DNA of 64,000 nucleotides from an uncultured Methanosarcinales archaeon (lineage in GTDB: Archaea > Nanobdellota > Nanobdellia > Woesearchaeales > JASKKU01). Numbering within the stretch: the stretch's first letter is position 1; each line of letters starts with the position of its first letter. Positions 7,429 through 17,313 of the stretch are shown one piece after another. Where the stretch lies: positions 1,737 to 65,736 of the forward strand of contig CAYUJZ010000002.1 of the NCBI GenBank assembly GCA_964445165.1, in the 5' to 3' direction. Made by a program: the position numbers and the translations under genes. The notes below the pieces were generated by a model. It was given only the letters and a program-made list of their open reading frames with translations. It had not been told where the DNA came from and ran no database searches.

Positions 7429-10350
7429 ATGCGCGTACTTGATGAGATTGATGATGTAATTGAAGACAGAAAAGACAAGAAAACCAAGGTTCTGCTTACT
7501 ATTGTGCTTATTCTTATTCCTATGCTTCTGGCTATTTTCATAAGGGTGCAGCCTGCCTACCTGCCTATTACTGATGAATGGGCGAGAGACAGCATTTACA
7601 ATGGGATTGGCAACCAGATACAGCAGCAGGTTAATGCGCAGTACCCTCTCCTGCCTGAGCAACAGAAGCGAAGCATTGTGCAGGAGCAGCTTGACGAGTA
7701 TATTAGGCAAAATAGTGAGATGATTGAAAGGGAAATTCAGAGGTATTCCCTTGAGCTGAAGGAAAAGCTCAAAGAAGACGAGGGAAATATAACTTACCTT
7801 ACTGCGATTGACCCATACCATTACTTCAGGCTTACCAGGAACATAGTTGAGCTGGGGCATCCCGGAGACATGATGCTTGAAGATGGCAGAAACATTGACT
7901 ACCTTATGCTTGGCGGGGCGCCGATTGAGAGAAAGCCAACCTACCACAGAAGGTTTACAAACCTGCTTGAGCTGATCAATGCAAACACTTACAGGATGCT
8001 GCGCTTTCTCGGCTCTGATGTAACGCTTCTGCAGGTGGTGTTTTTTAGCTCTGTCTGGCTTTCTGCAGCCTGTGTGATTCCTGCTTTTTTCATCGGGAAA
8101 AGGCTTGCCGGAAACATTGGAGGGTTTTTTGCAGGGGCAGTTATTGCTATCCACCCTTTCTTTGTCTCCAGGACTATTGGCGGGTTTGCTGATACCGATG
8201 CTTTTAACATTCTGTTTCCACTGATTGCCGCTTGGATGCTTATTGAGGCTTTCAGGAGCAGAAACACCAGGAATACTGTAATATTCTCTGTGCTTACTGC
8301 CGTTACATTATGGATTCTCTCAACGGCGTGGACTCCTGGGCCAACGCTTATAGTGCTTCTGGGCGCGCTTGCTGCCAATGTGGCGCTTGCGCTGATTCTT
8401 TACAACACCGCAAGGTTCAAGGATAACAGGAAAGGCAAGGGCTATGCTTTTATGGCAGTGAATGCCGGGCTGATAGCGGTTATACTGCTTGCTCTTTACT
8501 TCATTGACACTAGCCTGCTTCCCTGGGGAGGCCTGTTCCAGGGGACTGTTTCAAATATTTTCTTAATTATATTCTTTTCAACAATATTTGCCGGGTTGAT
8601 TTATCTTGCATCTGAGCTGTTATCTTCGGGGCTGAAGAGAGATGTTTCTGAAAAGAAGCAGTTTTTTAGGAAGGAAGCAAAGATTACTTTGCTGATTCTG
8701 GGAGTCTTTTTTGTGTCTTATTTTCTGATGAGCTCATACAACTTAAGGTCAGGAGGCTTTAACTTTAGCAATATGATAGACAACATCGGAGCAACGATAG
8801 GGTTTGTCCAGATTAAGGATGTTGCGACTGGCACTATCTGGCCGAATGTTTACACGACTGTTGCTGAGCTAAAACAGGCAAGCTTCAGCCAGATTGTTGA
8901 TAACCTTGGGGGGCAGTTCCTCTTCTTTGTCTCTTTGATAGGAATTGGTATAGCTGTTTTTGCGAAAGGTAGGGGCAAAAACAATACTGCATTGTTCTCC
9001 CTGCTTCTTGCGATCTGGATGGCTTCAACTGTGTACGCTACATTCAAGGGAATCAGGTTTGTGCTTATGATCGTGCCGCCTTTTGCGATTGCGATCGGGG
9101 TTGCGATTGGGCTGGGCGGAAAATACTTAGCTGGCATGCTTGAAAAGAACTTCCAGATAAAAGCAAGCATCACCAAGCTGCTTCTTGTGGCTTTGTTTGT
9201 GTTTGTGCTGTTTTTCGGCACTGACTCTATGTACTCAAATGCCTACCAGCTTTCATCAAGGCAGTTCCCTATGATGAACGACGGATGGTTTGGGTCCTTA
9301 TCTGAAATCAATGAAAAGTCAGACGAGGATGCTATCATAACGTCCTGGTGGGATTTTGGGCACTGGTTTAAGGCAATAGCAAGAAGGCAGGTCACTTTTG
9401 ACGGTGCGAGCCAGAATACGCCGATGGCGCACTGGGCTGGAAGAATACTGCAGACTGACGATGAGACTGAAGCATTAGCGATACAAAGGATGCTTAACTG
9501 CGGCTCTAACGAGGCGTTTTATATCCTTGAGGAGAACCTCACGGACGCTGCTGCAATAAGGATTGTTAAGGACATTATTATGATGCCAAGGGAGGATGCA
9601 AGGCAGCACCTTCTTAATTATGTAAGCGAGGATGCTGCTGAACAGATTCTTCAGTATTCGCACTGCACTCCGCCTCAGTCTTTCTTTATCACATCTGAAG
9701 ACATGGTTGGGAAATCTGAGGTTTGGGGGCACTTCGGCACCTGGAACTTCACAAGGTCAACGATGTACAACAGGGTTAGGTTTTTGGGGGAGGCTGAAGC
9801 CCTGGAGATTTTAAAGGATTACTTTAACCTGAGCGATGAGCTTGCAAGGAGGTATTACTACCAGATAAGGGTTACTGACAATGCTGATGAGTGGGTTTCT
9901 CCCTGGCCTTCCTATATCGGGGCAGAGATCAGCTGCACGAAGAGAAATAATGAAACTATCCTGGAATGCACGAGAATGTTCTCGGCTACGCAGGGCGTAA
10001 AGGTGTTTATCAACCTTACCTCAATGGAGGCTTATGTGAGCCAGATGGAAAACGGGAGCAGGCCGCACTCTTTTGTTTACTATGATGATGAGGGGAACTC
10101 TTACATCAAAGAATATGAGTCGCCTTTGCTTGACCTGTCAGTAACCCTGAAAGAGCGTGCTGACGGAAGCTACCAGATTGTCATGGGCGACCCGCTGCTT
10201 AGAAACAGCATGTTCACGAGGCTGTTTTTCCTTGAGGGGCACGGAACGAATTACTTTAAAGAATTCAGCAACATAAGGGATGTTTTTGGGCAGAGGGTAA
10301 TTGTGTGGACTATTGACTGGGAGAGCTTTTTAGAGGATTTTGAGGGCTGA
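7429..10350 (+). CDS. aglB: archaeal oligosaccharyltransferase AglB (STT3 family)
   Basis: 973 aa. A 13-TM N-terminal domain is followed by the diagnostic WWDFGHW (WWDYG) motif at SWWDFGHWFKA and a large C-terminal periplasmic domain. Confidence 0.85.
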   Translation: MRVLDEIDDVIEDRKDKKTKVLLTIVLILIPMLLAIFIRVQPAYLPITDEWARDSIYNGIGNQIQQQVNAQYPLLPEQQKRSIVQEQLDEYIRQNSEMIEREIQRYSLELKEKLKEDEGNITYLTAIDPYHYFRLTRNIVELGHPGDMMLEDGRNIDYLMLGGAPIERKPTYHRRFTNLLELINANTYRMLRFLGSDVTLLQVVFFSSVWLSAACVIPAFFIGKRLAGNIGGFFAGAVIAIHPFFVSRTIGGFADTDAFNILFPLIAAWMLIEAFRSRNTRNTVIFSVLTAVTLWILSTAWTPGPTLIVLLGALAANVALALILYNTARFKDNRKGKGYAFMAVNAGLIAVILLALYFIDTSLLPWGGLFQGTVSNIFLIIFFSTIFAGLIYLASELLSSGLKRDVSEKKQFFRKEAKITLLILGVFFVSYFLMSSYNLRSGGFNFSNMIDNIGATIGFVQIKDVATGTIWPNVYTTVAELKQASFSQIVDNLGGQFLFFVSLIGIGIAVFAKGRGKNNTALFSLLLAIWMASTVYATFKGIRFVLMIVPPFAIAIGVAIGLGGKYLAGMLEKNFQIKASITKLLLVALFVFVLFFGTDSMYSNAYQLSSRQFPMMNDGWFGSLSEINEKSDEDAIITSWWDFGHWFKAIARRQVTFDGASQNTPMAHWAGRILQTDDETEALAIQRMLNCGSNEAFYILEENLTDAAAIRIVKDIIMMPREDARQHLLNYVSEDAAEQILQYSHCTPPQSFFITSEDMVGKSEVWGHFGTWNFTRSTMYNRVRFLGEAEALEILKDYFNLSDELARRYYYQIRVTDNADEWVSPWPSYIGAEISCTKRNNETILECTRMFSATQGVKVFINLTSMEAYVSQMENGSRPHSFVYYDDEGNSYIKEYESPLLDLSVTLKERADGSYQIVMGDPLLRNSMFTRLFFLEGHGTNYFKEFSNIRDVFGQRVIVWTIDWESFLEDFEG

Positions 10351-10387
10351 TTTTTAGGGAAACGAGAGCTGTTAAAGGGAAATACAA

Positions 10388-11578
10388 ATGAGCCAGAAAG
10401 AAAACTGGATATTTGATAGAGGCCTGTTTAGCAACAAGAAGGTTTTGGCAGCTCTACTTTTTTGTGTTGCTTTTGTTCCTACTTTTATTCAGGTTGTCCT
10501 GAAAATGGTAATCCTCAGGGGGCCAAAGTTTGCTATTACACATCTGTTATTTAACTATGAGATAGAGTTTGTTAAAAGGGGGCTAATAGGAGAATTGCTG
10601 AGGCTTGTTTTTTCCGAAATAACTTTTAAGATTGCTATGGCTTTCTTCTTTATAATACTAGCAGTCGCGCTGGCTGTGCTGGTGCTTGTCTTTTTTAAGC
10701 CCTATAAGCTCTATAAAAAGCCTGGGCTTTTTCTTTTCTTCCTTCTTGCAATAACGCATTTTGCAACTGCAAACCAGTTTATTTATGACATCGGAAGGTT
10801 TGACCAGTTTCTTCTAATTATAACCTTTGTTTGCATGATTATGATATGCCGGCTCAAAACGCTGAGCTATTTCCTGCTGCCTTTGCTGATTGTTTTGGGG
10901 CTTCTTATACATGAGGCTTTCCTTTTTATGTTTATACCCCTGATTTTTGCCTATTACATCTACAAGAGAAGAATGGTAAAAAGAGAGCTTGCTTTCTTAT
11001 TCCTGCTCGGGGGCTTAGCTATTTGCTCTACATACATTATTGGAACAAGAGGAATGGTTACGACAATGGGTTATGAAGAGTATTATAGCAACCTCAAAGA
11101 AGGCGAGAAAGCGCTCGTGTCTGAGGGTGCCTCGAATATTCCTTTCAGGGGGCTAAAGGACAATTTAGAATACAGCTTTGCAAGGAACAGGGACAAGAAT
11201 TTCTTTCTGGACCACATGATATTCTTAATCGCGCTTAGCCCGACTATTTTCCTTTTTGGGAAAATCTTCAAAGCACTAGTAAGAAACAGAAAAGAGCTGC
11301 TTCTTGCTTTTTCTGCATTAACTCCTCTTTTGCTCTACTTGCTGGGGCATGACTTTGCAAGGTGGTGGGGGCTAGCTATAACAAATGCCTTTATAGTTAT
11401 ATCGCTTCTTGCGCTTAAAAAGAGCAGCTCTGAGAAACTGGAGAAGGCTTGTATTGAAAACAAGCACTTAATCATTAACGCAATAATTATCTCATTAGTC
11501 TTGGGCCCAATCGGGATTTACAGTTTCTTCCCTAGGATTGTTGAAGGAATCAAGTTCCTGGTGATGTTTGTTTTGTGA
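10388..11578 (+). CDS. uncharacterised polytopic membrane protein (paralog A; candidate Wzy-like polymerase or ligase)
   Basis: 396 aa, multi-TM. Shares long identical stretches with 13121-14323, for example YE(I/L)EFVKRGLIGE, KPGLFLFFL.AITHFATANQFI.DIGRFDQ and GLLIHE.F.FMFIPLI.AYYIYK. Confidence 0.5.
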   Translation: MSQKENWIFDRGLFSNKKVLAALLFCVAFVPTFIQVVLKMVILRGPKFAITHLLFNYEIEFVKRGLIGELLRLVFSEITFKIAMAFFFIILAVALAVLVLVFFKPYKLYKKPGLFLFFLLAITHFATANQFIYDIGRFDQFLLIITFVCMIMICRLKTLSYFLLPLLIVLGLLIHEAFLFMFIPLIFAYYIYKRRMVKRELAFLFLLGGLAICSTYIIGTRGMVTTMGYEEYYSNLKEGEKALVSEGASNIPFRGLKDNLEYSFARNRDKNFFLDHMIFLIALSPTIFLFGKIFKALVRNRKELLLAFSALTPLLLYLLGHDFARWWGLAITNAFIVISLLALKKSSSEKLEKACIENKHLIINAIIISLVLGPIGIYSFFPRIVEGIKFLVMFVL

Positions 11579-11602
11579 TTAAAAGAAAATGTTTTTATAT
11601 GA

Positions 11603-13114
11603 TTGCCTGATAGTTTTTCCTGGAAAATGAGCGAGAGCCTTAAGCAGACTGTCAGGAAGAATGTCTTTTTTCTTTACCTGTTCTCTTTTCTTGTTATTCC
11701 TGTGAGCTTTGCAATAAGGATTGTTCTTGCGAGGAATCTTTCCGGGGCTGATTTCGGGCTTGTTTACTCTCTGCTTAGCTTCTTTGGGCTGATTAGCATA
11801 TTTAATGACTTTGGGCTTACTGAAACTTTGAACTATCATGGTGTGAGGTTCTACGAGAAAAAGAGGCTTGGCAGGCTTAAGGGCGCTGTGCGGATTGCTT
11901 TTCTTTCCCAGACGATTACTGCTGTTGCGATTGGGCTGGTGCTTTTCTTTTTTGCGCCCTGGCTTGCTGAGAATTATTTTCATTACCCTATGGCTGGGGC
12001 GGCTTTGCAGGCCGGGCTGCTTTATTTCCTGTTCTTCAACATGTCCAGGGCTTTTGTGACTGCGGTAAATGTTACCCAAAATGTGTTTTACAACAAGATG
12101 TTTGAGGTGTTTAACCTTGCTGTGGTCGCAGCCGGGGTGGTGGCTTTGTGGCTTACCGGCAGGCTGAGCGCTGAGGGAACGATGCTGTTCTGGGGGATGG
12201 GAATTTTTATTGTCTTTATTCTTTCATTCTTTGTTTCAAGGAGCAAGATTAGGGAGATTTCGCGTGTGAAGGCTGAGGCTGACTTTGGGCTGTTTAAGAA
12301 GCTGTTGAAGTATTCTTTGTTTGTTGCGCTTGGGACAGGGGCGATGTATGTGCTGAGCTATTCTGACCTGCAGGTTATAACTTACTTTTCCACGCTTGAG
12401 AATGCGGGGCTTTACAGCGCTGCGAGCTCTATCTCTAAGGTGCTGGCCGGGCTTGCACTGCCTATCGCTGCGCTGCTTTTCCCGCTCGGGTCCAAGCTTT
12501 TTTCAGAGGGCAGGAAAAAGGAGATTAAGGCTATTCTTGAGCTGACTTACTCATTGGGCTTTTTTGTGGCTGTGCCGTTTTTTCTGCTTGCGAGTGTTTT
12601 TTCTAAGGAGGTTCTTCTGGTAATCTTCGGGCAGGGGTTTGTTGCCTCGCAGGGGGCTTTGCTGGTGCTGCTTGCTGCGAAAGTGTTTTATGTGTTTTTC
12701 TCTATTAACTTTGCTTTCAGCGCTGCTTTCGGAAGGGTTAAGGAAAGAACCAAGTACCTTTATTTTGCTGCCTTGCTGAATATTGTGCTGAGCATCCTGC
12801 TTGTGAGGGTGCTTGGGATTGTCGGGGTTGCTGTGGGGACTCTGGTGACTACCTTGTTTCTCTTTGGGTCTACTTACTTTATTGTGAATAAAGAGGTGCC
12901 TTTCTCGATTGACTTTTTTTATATCCTGAAGACTGTGTTTCTTTCCCTGGGGGTGCTTGTGCTTGCTTTTGGCGTGAAGGCAGTGATGCCTGGGCATTAT
13001 GTGGTTAAGGCTGTTGTTATTGGAGGGCTGGCTTGTGCTGTTTACCTGCTTGGGGGGATTAAGCTTAAGCTTGTGGATGTCAAGAAGATTCTTGCAATGG
13101 TTAGGGAGAGGTGA
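11603..13114 (+). CDS. Wzx-like oligosaccharide flippase (MOP/polysaccharide biosynthesis protein family)
   Basis: 503 aa with about 14 TM helices and the organisation typical of PST/Wzx flippases. It sits in the glycan locus next to aglB. Confidence 0.6.
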   Translation: MPDSFSWKMSESLKQTVRKNVFFLYLFSFLVIPVSFAIRIVLARNLSGADFGLVYSLLSFFGLISIFNDFGLTETLNYHGVRFYEKKRLGRLKGAVRIAFLSQTITAVAIGLVLFFFAPWLAENYFHYPMAGAALQAGLLYFLFFNMSRAFVTAVNVTQNVFYNKMFEVFNLAVVAAGVVALWLTGRLSAEGTMLFWGMGIFIVFILSFFVSRSKIREISRVKAEADFGLFKKLLKYSLFVALGTGAMYVLSYSDLQVITYFSTLENAGLYSAASSISKVLAGLALPIAALLFPLGSKLFSEGRKKEIKAILELTYSLGFFVAVPFFLLASVFSKEVLLVIFGQGFVASQGALLVLLAAKVFYVFFSINFAFSAAFGRVKERTKYLYFAALLNIVLSILLVRVLGIVGVAVGTLVTTLFLFGSTYFIVNKEVPFSIDFFYILKTVFLSLGVLVLAFGVKAVMPGHYVVKAVVIGGLACAVYLLGGIKLKLVDVKKILAMVRER

Positions 13115-13120
13115 GGGCTT

Positions 13121-14323
13121 TTGACTGCAGATGAGCATATCCATAATAAGGATTGGCTATACTCATGGATTATTGAAAACAAGAAACTATCGCTGGCACT
13201 GTTTGTGCTAGCTGCATTAATCCCTACTCTGGTTATGACCATCCTGAAGCTTGTGATTTTAAGGTGGAAAAGCATTGGGACTGGCCTTTTTGTAAACTAT
13301 GAGCTTGAATTTGTTAAGAGAGGGTTAATCGGAGAGGCTTTCAGGCACATTTTTTCAGAGATTACATTTAGCATCACTGTGGTTTTCTCTTTTATTATTA
13401 TGGCTGGGGCGATAATTGTGCTTGCTGTCTTGTTTTACAAGCCATATAGGCTGAATAATAAGCCTGGGCTATTCTTATTCTTTCTTTTTGCTATAACGCA
13501 TTTTGCAACTGCAAACCAGTTTATATTTGACATTGGAAGGTTTGACCAGGCTCTTCTGGTAATTGCTTTTGTGTGCTTTATTTTGATTAACAAGAGAATG
13601 AAAATAGGCTACCTTTTGATTCCGTGCCTGCTTGTTTTGGGGTTGCTGATACATGAAGGCTTCTTTTTTATGTTTATTCCCCTGATAATTGCTTACTACA
13701 TTTATAAGAACAAGATCTGCTGCTGGAAGCTTGCATTCTTGCTTTTTCTGGGCATACTGGCTGTTGGCTCTACTTATATTATCGGAACTGAGGGCCAGCT
13801 AACCAAGACTTCAATTGAGGACCACCAACGTTATATTAATGAAAAAAACAGCGAGATAAGCATTCCTTATGAACCCGAGGGAATTCATACAAGAGGTGTT
13901 AAGGAAAATATAGGCTATACTGTTGAGAGGCTGGCTAACCGGTGGACTGTTTTTGGGCTTCTGGTTTTTTTTCCTGCAGTTTTGCCAACGATTATGATTT
14001 TTAAAAAAATATTCAGGGCGATTATAAAGAGCAAAAAAGAGCGTCTTCTGATGCTGGCCTGTTTAACTCCTTTGCTGCTTTACCCCTTGGGGATTGACGG
14101 CCCGAGGTGGATTGGGCTGGCTATAACTAACCTTTTTATTGTCACTTCGCTGCTTGCCTTGAACAAGAGCCACTCAAATAAGCTTAACAGCATTATGGTT
14201 GAGATAAGGCACTTGGTTATAGGGGCAATAATTATTTCTGTAATCCTTGGCCCTATCGGGGTGGTAACCTTTTTTACCAGAATAACTGAGCCTATAAGAT
14301 TTTTGGTTGGCTACAGACCCTGA
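13121..14323 (+). CDS. uncharacterised polytopic membrane protein (paralog B of 10388-11578)
   Basis: 400 aa. By-eye alignment to paralog A gives about 55-60% identity across the full length. Confidence 0.5.
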   Translation: MTADEHIHNKDWLYSWIIENKKLSLALFVLAALIPTLVMTILKLVILRWKSIGTGLFVNYELEFVKRGLIGEAFRHIFSEITFSITVVFSFIIMAGAIIVLAVLFYKPYRLNNKPGLFLFFLFAITHFATANQFIFDIGRFDQALLVIAFVCFILINKRMKIGYLLIPCLLVLGLLIHEGFFFMFIPLIIAYYIYKNKICCWKLAFLLFLGILAVGSTYIIGTEGQLTKTSIEDHQRYINEKNSEISIPYEPEGIHTRGVKENIGYTVERLANRWTVFGLLVFFPAVLPTIMIFKKIFRAIIKSKKERLLMLACLTPLLLYPLGIDGPRWIGLAITNLFIVTSLLALNKSHSNKLNSIMVEIRHLVIGAIIISVILGPIGVVTFFTRITEPIRFLVGYRP

Positions 14324-14902
14324 TTAAGGCGGGTTGTGCCCACAAACAAAGTCGTTATGCACTTTTATTCTTTTTATGCTTGCCAGGAAGACTCCTGCGA
14401 ACAGGAGCATTATTGCGATTGTGTTTCTCCAGGCGATTACTCCTGGCTTGATGTCTGGGTCTGTTGTGTAGCGCCAGTCTATTGAGGCCTGGGGGGTGTA
14501 TTTTTCCAGCCTGAAGTGGAACAGGGGAACAAGGCTTGAGTATGTTGAAACCTCGAGCTCTGCGGTTACGAAGTCTTCTGAGAAGGGGTATAGGAGCGGG
14601 ATGCCTCCGTAGCTTAGGTCTAAAAGCAAATGTGAGAATAGGAAAAAGGATATTACGAACAGGCATCTTGCGTATTTTGAGTCTTTTAGCCTGAATATAA
14701 CTGCTATCAGAAGGATGATTATGGGTATGAAGATGCTGTGTGAGAAGGTCCTGTGGACTGCTGTGCCGAGAAAAACATCGAAATCCGGCAGAATTGCAAA
14801 AACCGAGAGCACTAATGAGGAGAGGAGTATCTTGTTGTACTTAAGCTGGTCGTAGAGTATGAGTGCAATAAGCGGAAAGAGCCAGTGGCTTAGCAGGTCC
14901 AT
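14324..14902 (-). CDS. membrane-bound metal-dependent hydrolase (YdjM/DUF457 family)
   Basis: 192 aa, about 5 TM, with the HRTFSHS motif (the HRxxTHS signature of the DUF457/YdjM family). Confidence 0.5.
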   Translation of the reverse strand: MDLLSHWLFPLIALILYDQLKYNKILLSSLVLSVFAILPDFDVFLGTAVHRTFSHSIFIPIIILLIAVIFRLKDSKYARCLFVISFFLFSHLLLDLSYGGIPLLYPFSEDFVTAELEVSTYSSLVPLFHFRLEKYTPQASIDWRYTTDPDIKPGVIAWRNTIAIMLLFAGVFLASIKRIKVHNDFVCGHNPP

Positions 14903-14965
14903 AATGCCGGGAAGCTGGAATTATTTAAAAAAGTTTATAAAAAAGCTCACGGAGCTTAACCTGAT

Positions 14966-16078
14966 ATGTACTTTTACCAGCAGAACGAAAAGACGAAAGC
15001 GATTGAGGCTGACATTAATGAGAAGATTAAGAGCTTCGTCAGCTATATTGAGGGCACGCCCTGGCTGAAGAAGAGCACAATTAGCTTTGGCCTGGTAGGG
15101 CCTTGTGCAAGAGGGCAGGGGTTTTACCATAATGAAGATGCAAGAAGCGACTTTGACTTTTACCTTCTCTCAAATGAATTAAACCTGGAAAAAGAAAAAA
15201 GGGCAAAAAAAGCTTTTTTTGAGATTTTTAAGAAACAGAAGCCTAGCCTGCAGGTGGAATCAAAAAGACTGCAAGTAAAGCATGATGAGGATGTTTCCCT
15301 GCACTATGTTTCTCCTACTATTTTCAAGAGGCCCGACCTGATGTTTTTTGAGTACGTTGAATCTGGAAAGGCCTTTTATGGAAAAAAGATTAATAAAATC
15401 TCAATTGAGAGAATTCCTAAATTCGAAGGGTTCAGGAACATTCTGTTCAGGTCTTGCGTGTTTTTCTCTCTGTTTGATGTAAATAATGGAAAGCTAAAGC
15501 TAAAAGAGAATGTAGCAAAAGAGAGGTTTTTCTACGGATACTCAAAGGTAATTTTCAGCATCGGGGAGGTTTTCCTGCTTCTTGAAAGGAGCTATGTTGC
15601 TGATAACTTCAGAAGGAATGAGATAATCAAAGAGAGCAAGCATGCTAAAAAGCTCAAGAACTTTATTGAAGAGCATGAAAAGATGAATAAGCTCAGGTAC
15701 AGCAGCCATACTGTTAGCTTAGAGAAAGAATTCAAAAGAAAGGATGAATATATCAGCTATGCGTTTAAGGTTCTTGAGCAGGGGTATGACATTCTGGTTA
15801 GCGAATTATTCAAAGGGAATATTAATGAGCTGAAAAAAACATCAGCCAGGGGAGTAAGAAAAATCTGGAACAGGCTGTTCTTTATGAAAAGGTATTTTTG
15901 CATGACAAAAAAACTCAGAATCCCAAAGGGAGAGCCTTTTGTTGAGCTGATTCTGATGGCTTATGAATTTATAAGAAAAGCCAACAGAGACAAGGGCATA
16001 AGAAAAGAAGAGCTGGAGAACATCTTAATTTACTGGAAGATTGCCCCCTGGGTTTACTTTAAGGAACAAGACTTCTAA
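14966..16078 (+). CDS. hypothetical protein with a possible nucleotidyltransferase-fold N-terminus
   Basis: 370 aa. FGLVGPCARGQG…SDFDFYLL resembles the G[SG]…D.D signature of minimal nucleotidyltransferases. The resemblance is weak. Confidence 0.3.
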   Translation: MYFYQQNEKTKAIEADINEKIKSFVSYIEGTPWLKKSTISFGLVGPCARGQGFYHNEDARSDFDFYLLSNELNLEKEKRAKKAFFEIFKKQKPSLQVESKRLQVKHDEDVSLHYVSPTIFKRPDLMFFEYVESGKAFYGKKINKISIERIPKFEGFRNILFRSCVFFSLFDVNNGKLKLKENVAKERFFYGYSKVIFSIGEVFLLLERSYVADNFRRNEIIKESKHAKKLKNFIEEHEKMNKLRYSSHTVSLEKEFKRKDEYISYAFKVLEQGYDILVSELFKGNINELKKTSARGVRKIWNRLFFMKRYFCMTKKLRIPKGEPFVELILMAYEFIRKANRDKGIRKEELENILIYWKIAPWVYFKEQDF

Positions 16079-16103
16079 AAACATAAGGCTTTTTTGAAAT
16101 TGG

Positions 16104-17312
16104 TCAGAAAACAGGCTTGCCATCAAGATTTTTGGGGATCTCGCTTTCAAGCCCCAAGGCTTTTAGCATTGAGGGGAATATGTCTACTACATTCATCTCT
16201 TTGTGCTTTGTCCTGAAGGCGTTTGTTATAAAGAAGCCGTAAGAGCATGGTGATTCCGGGGCGTATCCATGCATTCCCCTGATGCCTGAGCGGATTGGGG
16301 CAAAGTAGTCTGGAAAGATTCTTGTGTTTGTCTTAACCAGAAATATGTCTTCTCCCCATTTCCTGTCTTCAAACCTAATGTGGTATTTTTCACGCTGCTT
16401 GTCATCAAGGTATGTTAGCTCAGGGACTTTCCTAAAGGCTTCGACAACTTTTTCCCTAACGCCTTTTCTATGGTACCAAAACCTTACCATGGTTGCATCA
16501 AAGAATGCAACGAAGTCTCTTGGCTGCTTAAACTCCAGGGATTTGAAAACCGGCCTTAAGTCAACAAAGTTTTTGACTTCGCACATGCCGTGGTCTGAGA
16601 ATGCAAACAAATTAACCTTTCCATGCTCTTTAAGCGCTTTGGTGTACAGCTCTTTTACTTTCTTATCACACTGCTTGAGGTAATCAATTACTTTCTCTGA
16701 TGAAGGGCCGTATGAGTGGCCGTATCCGTCTCCAAAGTACATATAAAAGAAATCTGCCTGGCTCTTTGTCAGCTTCATATCGCTTACTTCATTTACATTT
16801 TTCTCTCCTATAAAAAGGCAGCCGAGGTCTGCCTGCCCGTGCCAGGAGATTTTGTTTTTTTCCAGGACAGAGAACAGGCTCTCCTTGTATTCTGGCTCCT
16901 GGGATTTGCACGAAAAGAACCTGGACATTTTTGGTGGGAGCGCAGGTGGGTACTCAATAATCCTTTTGTACCATTTTGGTGAGGATTGCTTAAGCCTTTT
17001 GAATTTGTAATAGGGAATTTTAACTGCACCTATAAAGTATTTCCTGAGCTTTTCAAACGGAATCAGCTTTAGGTACCAGACAGGCTTGAAATAATTGGAT
17101 TTTGGGTCGTAGTAGTATATTGTGAATTTTTTATGCCTCTCCTGGTAAAGGCCTGTCCAGATGGTTGGGTGAATGCCTACCGAGAAGCCTAAAAGGGTTT
17201 TTAGCGGCAGTAGCTGCTGTTTCTCTGAAAGCTCGTATAAGAAGGGGGTGATTTCTGGCGTAATTTGGTCATGCCTTACTGCATCCATGAGAAAAATAAG
17301 TGTTTTTTGCAT
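16104..17312 (-). CDS. alkaline-phosphatase-superfamily type I phosphodiesterase / nucleotide pyrophosphatase-like enzyme
   Basis: 402 aa. N-terminal LIFLMDAVRHD (the metal-binding Asp region of NPP/AlkP-fold enzymes) and C-terminal GMHGYAPE (the GxHGY motif). Confidence 0.55.
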   Translation of the reverse strand: MQKTLIFLMDAVRHDQITPEITPFLYELSEKQQLLPLKTLLGFSVGIHPTIWTGLYQERHKKFTIYYYDPKSNYFKPVWYLKLIPFEKLRKYFIGAVKIPYYKFKRLKQSSPKWYKRIIEYPPALPPKMSRFFSCKSQEPEYKESLFSVLEKNKISWHGQADLGCLFIGEKNVNEVSDMKLTKSQADFFYMYFGDGYGHSYGPSSEKVIDYLKQCDKKVKELYTKALKEHGKVNLFAFSDHGMCEVKNFVDLRPVFKSLEFKQPRDFVAFFDATMVRFWYHRKGVREKVVEAFRKVPELTYLDDKQREKYHIRFEDRKWGEDIFLVKTNTRIFPDYFAPIRSGIRGMHGYAPESPCSYGFFITNAFRTKHKEMNVVDIFPSMLKALGLESEIPKNLDGKPVF

Positions 17313-17313
17313 A

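Noticed and set aside
7423-9221. Minus-strand ORFs (243, 129 and 123 aa) inside the aglB coding region
   Set aside because: They are antisense to a high-confidence AglB gene with the WWDFG motif. No domain features. Treated as spurious.
11579-13144. Two long minus-strand ORFs (166 aa and 197 aa), rich in K/R/H/Q/P, lying antisense to the Wzx-like flippase gene
   Set aside because: They have low-complexity basic composition and no motifs. They overlap a well-supported plus-strand membrane-protein gene. They are most likely shadow ORFs.
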